64,000 nt of DNA from an uncultured Syntrophaceae bacterium (GTDB lineage: Bacteria > Desulfobacterota > Syntrophia > Syntrophales > PHBD01), in contig CAZLFA010000005.1 of NCBI GenBank assembly GCA_964558665.1, positions 7,603 through 71,602 on the forward strand. The letters are read 5' to 3'. The position numbers were made by a program, and so were the translations under genes. The notes under the pieces were generated by a model. It was given only the letters and a program-made list of their open reading frames with translations. It had not been told where the DNA came from and did no database searches. Shown here piece by piece: positions 9,959 through 20,296 of this stretch (within the stretch, counting starts at the first letter, position 1; the number at the start of each line of letters is the position of its first letter).

Positions 9959-10081
9959 CGGAACTTGGGTAAAATGTTATTAACTGAGCATGAAAGCATG
10001 CTGAGATTCAAGAACCGTTTATTGTCACAATGCCGGGGTTCTTCTATTCCGGGACCGGATGGCCATTAACAGGAGGGAGAA

Positions 10082-10837
10082 ATGGACATCTTTTTATGGA
10101 TTATCGTCGCGCTGTTTTTGGCCCCGATGATTCTCGGACCAATCCTGGTCAAGTTCACCCACTGGGTCTCCACAAATGCGAATATCTCTGAAATGTCTCC
10201 GGACATGCTGGACCAGAATATAAGGTCTTACATCGATCAGGCAGGGACGGAGGTCGAAGCCCTTGGTTTTCGCTTTGTCGGATATATGACTCTATCCGAT
10301 TTCATGCCGGGCATTACATCGTATTTCGGCCTGTTCTCACACGACAGTGAGAAAGTGGGTTTCATGGCGGCCGTTATCAGGCATGGGTCCGGCAAGTCAG
10401 TACACTATTGCGAGTTTAGCAACAAATATTCCGACGGAAGCGTAATCAATGTCAACAATTCGTCCGTGATGGGGGGATACAGGAACCCCAAGAAGAAAAC
10501 ATATCGATACCCAAAAGTAGAATCACTGAAAATCCTCTATGAAATCAATGACTGGGTTAACAGAGCAGAAATGGTAATGTCATATCGCGAGGGGATGGGA
10601 AAGGGTCGTGAAAAAATCATCCTGAGTGATCATATCAATGAAGAAATTAGGCTTCAGGCTGCATACGGATACTACATGCCGGATGAGGGCAATAACAGAT
10701 ACCGGCTCACCTGGAAAGGCGCATTTATCATGACGGAAAAACAGGTATTTCCGTTTAAGAACATTCTTATGCATCTTGATCTTCAATCAGCGAAGAAGGC
10801 AATAGCAGGCAGCCCGCTGTATAAAGCGGCAGCCTGA
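10082..10837 (+). CDS. hypothetical protein with N-terminal TM helix
   Basis: aggaggg RBS. MDIFLWIIVALFLAPMILGPILV membrane anchor. No family recognised. Confidence 0.45.
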   Translation: MDIFLWIIVALFLAPMILGPILVKFTHWVSTNANISEMSPDMLDQNIRSYIDQAGTEVEALGFRFVGYMTLSDFMPGITSYFGLFSHDSEKVGFMAAVIRHGSGKSVHYCEFSNKYSDGSVINVNNSSVMGGYRNPKKKTYRYPKVESLKILYEINDWVNRAEMVMSYREGMGKGREKIILSDHINEEIRLQAAYGYYMPDEGNNRYRLTWKGAFIMTEKQVFPFKNILMHLDLQSAKKAIAGSPLYKAAA

Positions 10838-10884
10838 TTATCGTTGCAAGTAAAGAATACTTCATTACAGGGGCATTCACAATA

Positions 10885-11646
10885 ATGAAAAAAAACATCA
10901 CAAAACGGACGGCCGTATGTTTCGTCTCTCTATTGATACTGTTGGCAACCCCGTTTTGGGGACATGCTGAGTCATCAGCGATCAAACCCGGCAAGTATGT
11001 TACGGAAGGCGGCTGGGGTGACTTATCAATCATAGTGAAGGACGGCAAGCTGAGCTTTGCCATCACCTCGATAGGTTCCAATGCCCACACCTGCTCGCTG
11101 GATGGCATTATCAAAGACGGCCGTTATACAATGGAATCCTTTGACGAAGGCAAGCCGTGCATTGTGACTTTTCAACCCAGGGGACATGACATAGAAGTGA
11201 CGGACAATGAAGGCGCCTGCCGCTATTATTGCGGAGTGCGTGCCGGGTTCACGGGACTTTACCTGAAACCGAAGGCGGGTTGCGAAGGCGTGGCCATTCA
11301 AAAATCCCGCAGGAAGTTCAAGCAGCTATACGACAAAAAGGCATATCCGCAGGCGAAAGCCGTTCTAGAGCCGATACTCAAGGATTGTTCAAGATATATT
11401 CATTGGCTGGATGCTGCCTGGATCAGAAATGATTTTGCCATTACGCAATACAAACTTGGCGATTATGAAGGATGCCTGCAAACCCTGAAAACTCTGGAAG
11501 AAGATGCTCTGAAAACGGATGATCAACTCCGCGATTCATACCCTCCTGCCGACGCTGAAAGTGTTATACCCATTGCCAGGGCGACGCGTACTAATCTGAG
11601 CCTCTGCAGGAAGAAAAGCGAAAAAAAGACCATAAAGGATTACTGA
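10885..11646 (+). CDS. secreted hypothetical protein (Cys-containing N-domain plus helical C-domain)
   Basis: Signal peptide MKKNITKRTAVCFVSLLILLATPFWGHA. No family recognised. Confidence 0.45.
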   Translation: MKKNITKRTAVCFVSLLILLATPFWGHAESSAIKPGKYVTEGGWGDLSIIVKDGKLSFAITSIGSNAHTCSLDGIIKDGRYTMESFDEGKPCIVTFQPRGHDIEVTDNEGACRYYCGVRAGFTGLYLKPKAGCEGVAIQKSRRKFKQLYDKKAYPQAKAVLEPILKDCSRYIHWLDAAWIRNDFAITQYKLGDYEGCLQTLKTLEEDALKTDDQLRDSYPPADAESVIPIARATRTNLSLCRKKSEKKTIKDY

Positions 11647-11670
11647 AGATAATTTCAGCGGCAAGACGCT

Positions 11671-12567
11671 ATGGACAATATATGGATTGCAATGGGACTG
11701 ACCTTATTCGCCGGGATGGCAACCGGTATCGGCAGCGCCTTTGCGTTTGCCTCGAAAAGAACAAACTACCGGTTTCTCTCAATTGCCACAGGCTTTTCCG
11801 CGGGCGTTATGATTTATGTTTCTCTTGTCGAGATATTCCAGAAAGGCGTAAAATCGCTTACGGTCGTATACGGCGACTACTGGGGGCATTGGGTAAATGC
11901 GGCCTCCTTTTTTGGCGGGATGCTCTTTATCGGTCTGATCGACCATTTGATACCGGCTGCGGAGAATCCACATGAAACGCATTCGGAAGAGGAGACGGCG
12001 CCTCTTCATGATCCATCGGCACCGCTCCCCGTATTCCGTGCAACGGCTGGTGAAAATACTGCATCGGGAATGCATGACCACAGCGCAAGAACCAGAAAGC
12101 TCATGCGGATGGGGTTGTTCACAGCGGCAGCTATCGCCATTCATAACTTTCCGGAGGGACTGGCCACCTTCCTTGCAGCGCTTGACGATCCCAAGCTCGG
12201 CGTCGCTATCGCCATTGCGATCGCTCTTCACAACATACCGGAAGGGATAAGCGTGGCCGTACCGATATTCTATGCCACGGGAGACCGGAAGAAGGCCTTT
12301 TTCTACTCGCTGCTCAGCGGCCTGTCGGAACCCGTAGGCGCAGGGATTGCCTATCTGTTGCTTCTTATGTTTGTCGGTGCGGATTCAGGCATGTTTCTGC
12401 CTTCCGCAACCGGCATTCTTTTCGGCGGCATAGCCGGCATCATGGTCTATATCAGCCTCGATGAACTGCTGCCGACGAGCCGGGCTTACGGCAAAGGCCA
12501 CGACAGCATGATCGGGCTTGCCGGGGGAATGCTGGTGATGGCTATAAGCCTGCTGTTGATGAAATAG
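11671..12567 (+). CDS. zupT: ZIP family zinc transporter ZupT
   Basis: HNFPEGLA and HNIPEGISV motifs, multiple TM helices, His-rich loop. Confidence 0.85.
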   Translation: MDNIWIAMGLTLFAGMATGIGSAFAFASKRTNYRFLSIATGFSAGVMIYVSLVEIFQKGVKSLTVVYGDYWGHWVNAASFFGGMLFIGLIDHLIPAAENPHETHSEEETAPLHDPSAPLPVFRATAGENTASGMHDHSARTRKLMRMGLFTAAAIAIHNFPEGLATFLAALDDPKLGVAIAIAIALHNIPEGISVAVPIFYATGDRKKAFFYSLLSGLSEPVGAGIAYLLLLMFVGADSGMFLPSATGILFGGIAGIMVYISLDELLPTSRAYGKGHDSMIGLAGGMLVMAISLLLMK

Positions 12568-12584
12568 TGAAATAAAGGAGCAAA

Positions 12585-13055
12585 ATGAGAAAAAAAGAAA
12601 GACAGATAACGGATCGCAGGCATATTGATTCCATCATCAGGCGGTGCCGCGTCTGCCGCATGGGAATGGCGGACGGAGGACAGCCTTACATCGTACCTTT
12701 TTGTTTCGGATACGACGGACATTCGGTTTATTTTCACATGGCAAATGAAGGCAGGAAAATCGACTGCCTCCGGAAAAACAACCAAGTGTGTATCGAGTTC
12801 GACTTACCCGGAGAGATAAGCGAATCGCCAAGCGCTTGCGCTTTCTCGATCTCTTATGAAAGCGTCATCGCGTTCGGGGTAGCGGAATTTCTTGAATCTG
12901 CCGAAGACAAGCGTTATGGTCTTATGCAGATCATGCGTCAGTATTCTGAAGCAGAAGCAGAATGGTCTTTTCCGGAAAATATTCTTGATAAAACCACGGT
13001 GGTGAAGGTCCTGTTAACGGAAATAACAGGCAAGGCCAAAGCAAACAAAATATGA
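12585..13055 (+). CDS. pyridoxamine 5'-phosphate oxidase family (flavin-binding split-barrel) protein
   Basis: MRKKERQITD...CRVCRMGMADGGQPYIVPFCFGYDG pattern typical of NimA/PNPOx-like proteins. Confidence 0.7.
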   Translation: MRKKERQITDRRHIDSIIRRCRVCRMGMADGGQPYIVPFCFGYDGHSVYFHMANEGRKIDCLRKNNQVCIEFDLPGEISESPSACAFSISYESVIAFGVAEFLESAEDKRYGLMQIMRQYSEAEAEWSFPENILDKTTVVKVLLTEITGKAKANKI

Positions 13056-13163
13056 TTTATCATTATGTAAAAAATAGCAACATTCTACAATACAGCATTC
13101 GCTTGCCCGGTTAGGCTTCTTTCAATGAGGCAGATAATCTGCCCGGTAACGAAAGGAGCAAAT

Positions 13164-13553
13164 ATGAAAAAAACGGAATGTATCGAATTCATCAACAGCG
13201 GCATGGTAACATCAACAGGGGGCGACATAAATATTGATGCAACATGGCATGAACACCCGAAATTCAGAGGGGTTTATTTGAAGCATCTCATAAAAGGAGC
13301 CGATACGAATGGCATGTTAAGTTCCCATGTGGTAAGAATAGCTCCGCATGCCGTCCTGGAGGAGCATGTCCATGATGCGCAGTGGGAGCTTCATGAGGTG
13401 ATCGAAGGTGAAGGCGTGTTTCTCCTGGACAAAAACGAAGCGCCCTATCATCCGGGACGCATGGCGGTAATCCCGAAAGGTGTTAAACACCGGGTAACTG
13501 CCGGAAGCAGCGGTCTGGTAATGCTGGCCAAATTCTTTCCTGCATTGCTGTAA
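13164..13553 (+). CDS. cupin domain protein
   Basis: HxH...E...H cupin pattern (EEHVHDAQWELHEVIEGEG...IPKGVKHRV). ATG at 13164 follows aaaggag. Confidence 0.65.
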   Translation: MKKTECIEFINSGMVTSTGGDINIDATWHEHPKFRGVYLKHLIKGADTNGMLSSHVVRIAPHAVLEEHVHDAQWELHEVIEGEGVFLLDKNEAPYHPGRMAVIPKGVKHRVTAGSSGLVMLAKFFPALL

Positions 13554-13581
13554 TCTCCGGCACGGATTAGAGACATATAAT

Positions 13582-14397
13582 ATGCAGAGAAAAACCGGAG
13601 GAGTTGTTCGTTTTTACAGTCATCCTGATTTGCCTGGTGTTCACGCCGTACATGGCGTTAACGTGCGGAATGATTTTACCCGTCATACGCACAACGGATT
13701 ATGTATCGGTATTGTCGAAAAAGGAGAGAGAATCATCGAGCAGAAATATCTCCAGACGGTAATTCCGGAAGGATCGCTGTTTGCAATCAACCCCGGTGTC
13801 TCTCACAGATGTAAATCCAGGCATGGCGAACACAGCTACCTTGTTTTCTGTATTGATCAGGACAGGGTAAAGACGGCTGCATCCCGCTTATTCGGGAAAG
13901 CAATGCCCATGCCGCATTTCAAAAGTGCACTCATCAATGATCGTCGAATGCGTATGAAAATGAACAGGCTCTTTATGCTTATACAGGAGAGAGGGCCAGT
14001 TTGTGAAATTGAGAAAGCATTAGAGTCTCTTTTGATCATGCTTATTATACAGACAGGCGAGGTTACGGCGCCGTCTATTCCCAAATCAAACAGAGCGGCC
14101 GTAAAAAGAGCATGCACGTTCATCAATAACAACTGCACGCATAATTTTACCCTGAAGGATTTATCAAAAGTTGCGCATTTGAGTCCATACTACCTGCAGC
14201 GTCTGTTTCTCGAAGAGAAAGGGGTTTCCCCCCACGAATATTCAATGCAGCAGAAGATAAGGAAGGCAAGAGAGCTTCTTTCAAAAGGGCATAGCATAGC
14301 AGGTATCGCTTTCGACCTTGGGTTCGCGGATCAAAGTCACTTTACGCGTTCCTTCAAGAAAGTGACGGGCACAACACCCGGAGCTTATCTTGCCTGA
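13582..14397 (+). CDS. AraC family transcriptional regulator
   Basis: C-terminal HTH IAFDLGFADQSHFTRSFKKVTGTTPGAYL. N-terminal AraC-type ligand-binding half. Confidence 0.8.
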   Translation: MQRKTGGVVRFYSHPDLPGVHAVHGVNVRNDFTRHTHNGLCIGIVEKGERIIEQKYLQTVIPEGSLFAINPGVSHRCKSRHGEHSYLVFCIDQDRVKTAASRLFGKAMPMPHFKSALINDRRMRMKMNRLFMLIQERGPVCEIEKALESLLIMLIIQTGEVTAPSIPKSNRAAVKRACTFINNNCTHNFTLKDLSKVAHLSPYYLQRLFLEEKGVSPHEYSMQQKIRKARELLSKGHSIAGIAFDLGFADQSHFTRSFKKVTGTTPGAYLA

Positions 14398-14447
14398 GGA
14401 TAAGGAATACTTTAATTGAGACTATCGTTGAAAGGAGAGTTATTTAC

Positions 14448-15431
14448 ATGAGACATGGAAATTCACGTTGTATTATGAATGTCGTTTTAACGATTGCCTG
14501 CGTGCTGCTGCTTGCCGGAAATTTCTCGGCGTCATGGGCAGAAGCCCCCATGGTTAAAACGCAGGTTCCGGCATACTACAGAATGATGGTGGGTCAGTTC
14601 GAGATTACCGCCCTGGCGGACGGATTTATAGACATGAATACGAAACTGATGCGCAACGCTTCCGAAGAAAAGCTTAATACGCAGCTTGACCGCTACTTCA
14701 CTGATCACGCCAAAGCGAAAGCGGCCGTCAACTCCTATCTGATCAATACCGGCAGCAAACTGGTGCTTGTGGATCCCGGGGCAGGCACGATGTTCGGAGC
14801 CGCGCTGGGCAAGCTTGCAATCAACATGAAGGCGGCGGGCTACGACCCTTCACAGGTCGATGCCGTACTGATTACGCATATGCACGTTGATCATATAGGC
14901 GGACTATTGGGCGCAGACGGCAAGCCCGCATTTCCGAAGGCAACTGTATATGTTTCAAAAGCGGAAAGTGACTTCTGGCTGTCCAAGTCCGAAGCGGAGA
15001 AAGTGCCGGTTGAAATGAGAAAATTTTTCACAATGGCGCAAAAGGCGGCAGAACCTTATATAGAGGCGAACAGGTGGAAGATATTCGAAGGCAGCGATCT
15101 TCCTGTTCCCGGCATCAGGGCGATCCCCATTCACGGGCACACAGCCGGACATACCGCCTTTGAAGTTAAATCAGGCAGCGATACACTGCTGATTATCGGC
15201 GACATGGTGCACAATATGGCGATTCAGTTTACTTTGCCGGATGTGGCTATTTTGTTCGACAAAGATATGAAACAGGCAGTAAAGGCAAGGCAGGACATGT
15301 TCAGGAAGGCCGCCCAAAGCAAGATACTTATTGCCGGTATGCACATACCTTTCCCCGGCATCGGCCATATAAGAGCAGAGGGTAAAAACAGCTACTCCTG
15401 GGTGCCTGTCGAATTTATGCCTATGCCGTGA
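14448..15431 (+). CDS. secreted MBL-fold metallo-hydrolase
   Basis: ITHMHVDHIGG (HxHxDH). Signal peptide ...LLLAGNFSASWAEAP. Confidence 0.8.
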   Translation: MRHGNSRCIMNVVLTIACVLLLAGNFSASWAEAPMVKTQVPAYYRMMVGQFEITALADGFIDMNTKLMRNASEEKLNTQLDRYFTDHAKAKAAVNSYLINTGSKLVLVDPGAGTMFGAALGKLAINMKAAGYDPSQVDAVLITHMHVDHIGGLLGADGKPAFPKATVYVSKAESDFWLSKSEAEKVPVEMRKFFTMAQKAAEPYIEANRWKIFEGSDLPVPGIRAIPIHGHTAGHTAFEVKSGSDTLLIIGDMVHNMAIQFTLPDVAILFDKDMKQAVKARQDMFRKAAQSKILIAGMHIPFPGIGHIRAEGKNSYSWVPVEFMPMP

Positions 15432-15472
15432 CGAAAAGCGGACGGAATCGAAAGAAAGGATAATTACCCGTC

Positions 15473-16309
15473 ATGGATAAGATCCATTATCGTGTATCAT
15501 TAAGGTCATTATTATCTTCGCTGATTGTCTGTACAATCTTAATAACGACAGGATGCGCAGCGGCGACGAAGCAGGCAATGCCGATTGTTATTATTCACGG
15601 TGCATGGTACGATTCGCAGTCCTGGTCTAAGGTTACCCCTCTCCTTGAAGCAAAGGGTCATTCTGTAACAGTGCCTGATATGCCCGGTTACGGGAAAAAC
15701 ATTGTCCCCTATGACACTATTACCTTCGAAAGTTATCTCAACGAAGTAAAGAAAGCCATCAGCAGATATCCCGGAAAAGTCCTGCTGGTAGGAAACAGCC
15801 TGGGAGGGACCTACATCAGCCAGACCGCGGAGCAGATGCCGGATCGCATCGCCGGTCTTGTCTATGTATGCGCGTTCATGCTTCGTGACAGCGAGTCGCG
15901 CATCTCTGTGGTCAAACTTGACCCTCAATCACTGGCTCTCAAGCACAGAAAGACAATCGGCAAGGGGCTTCTAACTTATGAAAATGCACACTTCGCCGAG
16001 ATTTTTTTCAACGACTGTGACCGGGAGGATATTGCGCGCGAGTTGGAGCGCATTAAGCCGCAGCCTGTTGCTCCCGTCAAAACCCCGCTCAAAATCACTC
16101 AGGAAAACTACGGACGTGTGCCGCGGTTTTACGTAAGATGCCTTCTTGACAGGGCGATCACGCCGGCATTTCAGGACGTAATGATCAAGGCATCGCCGGT
16201 AAGGAAGGTTTTCGACATTGACGCAAGTCATTCCCCCTTCATCTCCAAACCGGGTGAGCTTGCAGATATTATACTCCATGTTGTGAGAGAACTGGAAAGC
16301 AGCAATTAA
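15473..16309 (+). CDS. alpha/beta hydrolase lipoprotein (esterase-like)
   Basis: Lipobox-like LITTGC, GxSxG elbow (VGNSLGG), HSPF near the C-terminus. Confidence 0.7.
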   Translation: MDKIHYRVSLRSLLSSLIVCTILITTGCAAATKQAMPIVIIHGAWYDSQSWSKVTPLLEAKGHSVTVPDMPGYGKNIVPYDTITFESYLNEVKKAISRYPGKVLLVGNSLGGTYISQTAEQMPDRIAGLVYVCAFMLRDSESRISVVKLDPQSLALKHRKTIGKGLLTYENAHFAEIFFNDCDREDIARELERIKPQPVAPVKTPLKITQENYGRVPRFYVRCLLDRAITPAFQDVMIKASPVRKVFDIDASHSPFISKPGELADIILHVVRELESSN

Positions 16310-16334
16310 TGATATACAAGAAAGGATATAAACC

Positions 16335-16793
16335 ATGAGAAAAAACATTTTTACAGCGGTGATTCTGTGCATTCTTCTAATACCGGTTGCATCATCGGCT
16401 ATAGAGCCGACGGCCGACGTTAAAGTAACACCACTGCTGAAAGCATCGACAAGCTGGAACGGAGACCAAATTGTTTATCCGCAGGGGAAGGCGGAAGTTA
16501 CGGGAATTCTTGTTGAAGTGGCTCCCAACATGGAGACCGGATGGCATTCGCACCCGGTGCCCTCTTTCGCCTATATGCTGGAAGGCATTCTCGAGGTACG
16601 CCTTAAAGACGGCAGGATTAAGCGTCTCTATGCGGGAGATGCGCTGGCCGAAGTGGTAAATACATGGCATAATGGCAGGAATGTCGGGAAAACACCGGTG
16701 AAAATCGTTGTCTTCTATACCGGCGTGGCAGATGGTGCCGTAACCGTTAAAGCTCCATCAGGTGTTGCAGGGGAAGATAATAAGAAGAAATGA
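16335..16793 (+). CDS. secreted cupin domain protein
   Basis: Signal peptide MRKNIFTAVILCILLIPVASSA. Cupin motif GWHSHPVP...WHNG. Confidence 0.65.
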   Translation: MRKNIFTAVILCILLIPVASSAIEPTADVKVTPLLKASTSWNGDQIVYPQGKAEVTGILVEVAPNMETGWHSHPVPSFAYMLEGILEVRLKDGRIKRLYAGDALAEVVNTWHNGRNVGKTPVKIVVFYTGVADGAVTVKAPSGVAGEDNKKK

Positions 16794-16802
16794 AGGCGTG
16801 GC

Positions 16803-17168
16803 ATGAAAGCCATCACGATTTTTTACATTCTTAATGCAACGCTGCTTCTGCTGCACGAGATTGAATCAGCCTATGAAAAGGAATGGGATATTCTCAAGCT
16901 GCCCGGGGGTATAACCGGCTTCCTGATTATGCATGTTCCCATCATCGCTTTCTTTTTTTATGGATTGATTGAAATCGAAAAGAGTTCTTCCATAGGATTC
17001 TTATGCGGCATCATTACGGGGATCGGCGGCATTGTTCCCTTCATTGTACACAAGATAGCATTCAAAAAAAATGACCGGTTCAATCTGGCCGTATCAAATG
17101 CAATCATATTTCTGAATATTCCGTCAGGTTTAGGATTGCTTATTTTGTCGGTTCTTTCATTTGGCTGA
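16803..17168 (+). CDS. small integral membrane protein (hypothetical)
   Basis: Four hydrophobic segments. 9-nt gap to the upstream gene. Confidence 0.45.
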   Translation: MKAITIFYILNATLLLLHEIESAYEKEWDILKLPGGITGFLIMHVPIIAFFFYGLIEIEKSSSIGFLCGIITGIGGIVPFIVHKIAFKKNDRFNLAVSNAIIFLNIPSGLGLLILSVLSFG

Positions 17169-17186
17169 TATACGGAGGATTTGTAC

Positions 17187-17813
17187 ATGACAGCTTCTGA
17201 CTTCGGTATCATCGCAGTAATCGGGGTTGTGCTCCTTATCGCCAGCATTGCGATCTACCAATACAGCAATCAGAGGGGAAGCATGACTTCGGGGCGACTC
17301 ATCGGACATTACATAGCCGAGAAAACGGGAGATTCTTTCTATTTTAAGTGTAAAATCTATGTTACGGAAGGGATGAAGTGGTGCCGCTTGATTCTGGACA
17401 TAAAAAGCGAATCGTCTTTTGAGTATAGTTCTTTGCCGTTCAAGGAAGTGGCGGTGGCTGTCGGCGTCCCCTTTACTTTATCCATAAACAACGCCGGTGG
17501 TAACAAACTTTATGAAGACAAGGGAACCCTTGCGCCTTTCATCTCTTGGCTGGCGGGAAAAGGAGGATCAAGTGAGAGTTTCTTTAAAGAATCCGTCAAG
17601 GGCAGCCAGTATGGGGCATTTACACTGCTGGAATTTCTTCCTTCCGCGGCCGGACATTATGAAATATCTCTGCGGATGGACGCGCAAAACAGGACAGGCA
17701 CCGAAATTTCCAAGTCCCTGTGGGAATTGAGGGAGGCGCAGATGAAAATAATGGAGGACGTTGCCCCTCTGTCAAAGACAGTCAAATACCCGCACAAGCG
17801 CATTCATCTATAA
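17187..17813 (+). CDS. hypothetical protein with N-terminal TM helix
   Basis: ATG at 17187, 8 nt after ggagg. FGIIAVIGVVLLIASIAIY anchor. Confidence 0.4.
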   Translation: MTASDFGIIAVIGVVLLIASIAIYQYSNQRGSMTSGRLIGHYIAEKTGDSFYFKCKIYVTEGMKWCRLILDIKSESSFEYSSLPFKEVAVAVGVPFTLSINNAGGNKLYEDKGTLAPFISWLAGKGGSSESFFKESVKGSQYGAFTLLEFLPSAAGHYEISLRMDAQNRTGTEISKSLWELREAQMKIMEDVAPLSKTVKYPHKRIHL

Positions 17814-17922
17814 AGTGTATTCATCCATAATAAACAAGAAATGATTTCTTTCGGCTTTCCATCAGAGATAACGGCAAAACAGCCGGTGCTCTGACAGGGA
17901 ACCGGGAACAAGGATCCGGCAA

Positions 17923-18357
17923 ATGAGACTCTGGAGCCTTCACCCGAAATACCTGGATGCACGAGGATTGACTGCCCTCTGGCGGGAAGGACTGCTTGCC
18001 AGAAAGGCGCTTTTGGGAGAAACAAAGGGTTACAAAAACCACCCCCAGTTGGAAAGGTTCAAGTCGACGGCGGATCCGGTGGCAGCCATCGACTATTATT
18101 TGTCGTATATCTTCAGGGAAGCACAAAAACGCGGATACGGTTTCGATCACAGCAAGCTGGGTTCAGGATTGGAAACTGTCAAGATGTCCGTCACTGAAGG
18201 ACAGTTGAAATATGAAATGAAGCATCTCAAAAAAAAACTGAAACTGCGGAACATCGGGCAATACGGCAAAATAGCGTCGATTGACAACCCGGAACCTCAT
18301 CCCGCCTTCAATGTTGTGCCAGGAGAAATCGAATTATGGGAACGCGTTGTCAAATAA
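17923..18357 (+). CDS. pyrimidine dimer DNA glycosylase/endonuclease V family protein
   Basis: N-terminus MRLWSLHPKYLDARGLTALWREGLLA is the signature start of this family, as I remember it. Confidence 0.7.
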   Translation: MRLWSLHPKYLDARGLTALWREGLLARKALLGETKGYKNHPQLERFKSTADPVAAIDYYLSYIFREAQKRGYGFDHSKLGSGLETVKMSVTEGQLKYEMKHLKKKLKLRNIGQYGKIASIDNPEPHPAFNVVPGEIELWERVVK

Positions 18358-18477
18358 ATATCATGACACGTATCAGTAAAGGAAAAGTACCGAAGCGCGG
18401 CAGCCATCAAAAGGCCAATACACAATACAGTTTGTATAACAAGCGTTATACGGCCGCACAGGTGCCTGCCGAATCGA

Positions 18478-19854
18478 TTATCTGCCTATTCGCTGCCTGA
18501 GTTCGGGTTTGTTTATTATATCGGTCGTATATTTTCCTGACACGAAATCTTCATCTTCCAGGAGAGCTTTGTGGAACGGGATCGTTGTATGTATCCCTTC
18601 GACCCTTATTTCACTGAGAGCTCGCTTCATCCTGGCGATAGAATATTCCCGCTTTCTTCCCCAGCTCATGATCTTCATCAAAAGCGAATCGTAGTATATG
18701 GAAACCTCGCATCCTTCATAGATGCCCTCATCGATTCGAATATTGGACCCATGGGGAAGGCGAAGCCTGCTGATAACGCCTGGTGAAGGAATGAAGTTGC
18801 GGGCGGGGTCCTCAGCCATGATGCGGCATTGCATGGCATGATAATCGAAGCGGATGTCATCCTGGCTGCATTGGAGGGGCATGCCGGAGGCAATGCGAAT
18901 CTGTTCCTTGACTACGTCCAGGCCGGTTGCAAGTTCGGTGACGCAATGCTCAACCTGGAGGCGTGAATTTATTTCATTAAAATAGAACTGTCGTGTTTCC
19001 GGGAAATAGAAAAACTCAACGGTCAGCGCGTTGACATATTGGAGTATCATGGCCACGTCGATGGCGGCTGCCCCCATCTTCATGCGGAGAAAAGGCGTCA
19101 TTATCGTGCTGGGCGTCTCCTCGACCAGTTTCTGGTAGCGCCGCTGCACGGAACAATCCCTGTCTCCAAGATGAAGGATGTTGCCGTGATTGTCGGCCAG
19201 AATCTGGAATTCTATATGCTTCACACCCTCCAGATATTTTTCAATATAAAAGGCCGATATACCAAATGCGTTTCGGCCTCTCAACTCCGCAAACTTTATC
19301 GCTCTGTCCAGTTCCTCCTGATCACGGGCAATGCGGATACCGATGCCGCCGCCTGCTCCTGACGGTTTAACTATCACCGGATAGCCGATCTCGGCGGCAA
19401 TTTCCCTCGCCTTTTTCACACCCCTGGTTCCGGTGTTCATTATTGCCTCATCGCTGCCGGGGGTCACCGGTATGTTGATCATCTTCATGAGCTGCCGGGC
19501 GCGATTTTTCGGCTTTGCCTTATACATGCACTGGCTTGGCGGTCCGATGAAAACGATGCCGCGCTGTTCGACCATATCGACGAACTCCGGATTCTCAGCC
19601 AGAAAACCGTATCCGGGATGAATCGCCTCGGCTCCGCTTCTTTCCGCAACTTCAATTATTTTCTGCATGACAAGATAACTCTTGGAAGGTCTGGGAGTTC
19701 CGATCTCGTAAGCCTCATCGGCAAGCCTGACATGAAGAGAATTCCTGTCCGCCTCGGAATAGACTGCGACAGACTTGATGCCCATATCTTTGCAAGTGCG
19801 GATAATGCGAACCGCTATCTCACCGCGGTTAGCGATAAGGATTTTCCTAAACAT
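18478..19854 (-). CDS. accC: biotin carboxylase (AccC / pyruvate carboxylase subunit A type)
   Basis: MFRKILIANRGEIAVRIIR, ATP-grasp and biotin carboxylase C-terminal blocks, 458 aa. No accB or carboxyltransferase gene adjacent. Confidence 0.9.
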   Translation of the reverse strand: MFRKILIANRGEIAVRIIRTCKDMGIKSVAVYSEADRNSLHVRLADEAYEIGTPRPSKSYLVMQKIIEVAERSGAEAIHPGYGFLAENPEFVDMVEQRGIVFIGPPSQCMYKAKPKNRARQLMKMINIPVTPGSDEAIMNTGTRGVKKAREIAAEIGYPVIVKPSGAGGGIGIRIARDQEELDRAIKFAELRGRNAFGISAFYIEKYLEGVKHIEFQILADNHGNILHLGDRDCSVQRRYQKLVEETPSTIMTPFLRMKMGAAAIDVAMILQYVNALTVEFFYFPETRQFYFNEINSRLQVEHCVTELATGLDVVKEQIRIASGMPLQCSQDDIRFDYHAMQCRIMAEDPARNFIPSPGVISRLRLPHGSNIRIDEGIYEGCEVSIYYDSLLMKIMSWGRKREYSIARMKRALSEIRVEGIHTTIPFHKALLEDEDFVSGKYTTDIINKPELRQRIGR

Positions 19855-19995
19855 GGTAAATTCCTCCAGGCTGACAAGAATTGACGACAGAGTAAATACT
19901 TCAAGAGGATACGCCGGCCCTCAACCTCTGTCGCGGCTCCATAGCATAAAATGAAGGCAATTTGAAATCATTCTTTGCGATAAACTAATTAAAAC

Positions 19996-20023
19996 TTGAC
20001 AAAATACTTCTGTTGATTAAGAT
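19996..20023 (+). promoter_or_regulatory. sigma70-like promoter candidate for tRNA-Gly/rimP operon
   Basis: TTGACA (19996-20001), 16-nt spacer, TAAGAT (20018-20023), about 28 nt before the tRNA. Confidence 0.4.
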
Positions 20024-20051
20024 TGCCTTTCATTTTTACTGCCTTTACAGA

Positions 20052-20126
<75 letters not shown>

Positions 20127-20256
20127 GTTATTTCTCCCCTTCCTTCCGGCATAGCATGCACCGAACCGCTATAAGCCTCGAAAAACTTGATTTTTCTCTT
20201 GCAATGGCAGGGGCGCTGTGCTATGGGATTTCGAAAATCATCGGTTCTCAATGATG

Positions 20257-20279
20257 AGTGGGCGTTTGCCCACTTTTTT
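20257..20279 (+). terminator. intrinsic-terminator-like hairpin in the rimP-nusA leader (candidate attenuator)
   Basis: AGUGGGC-GUUU-GCCCACU followed by UUUUUU, ending 18 nt before the rimP ATG. Confidence 0.5.
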
Positions 20280-20296
20280 GTTTCTGGGGCAATTTT

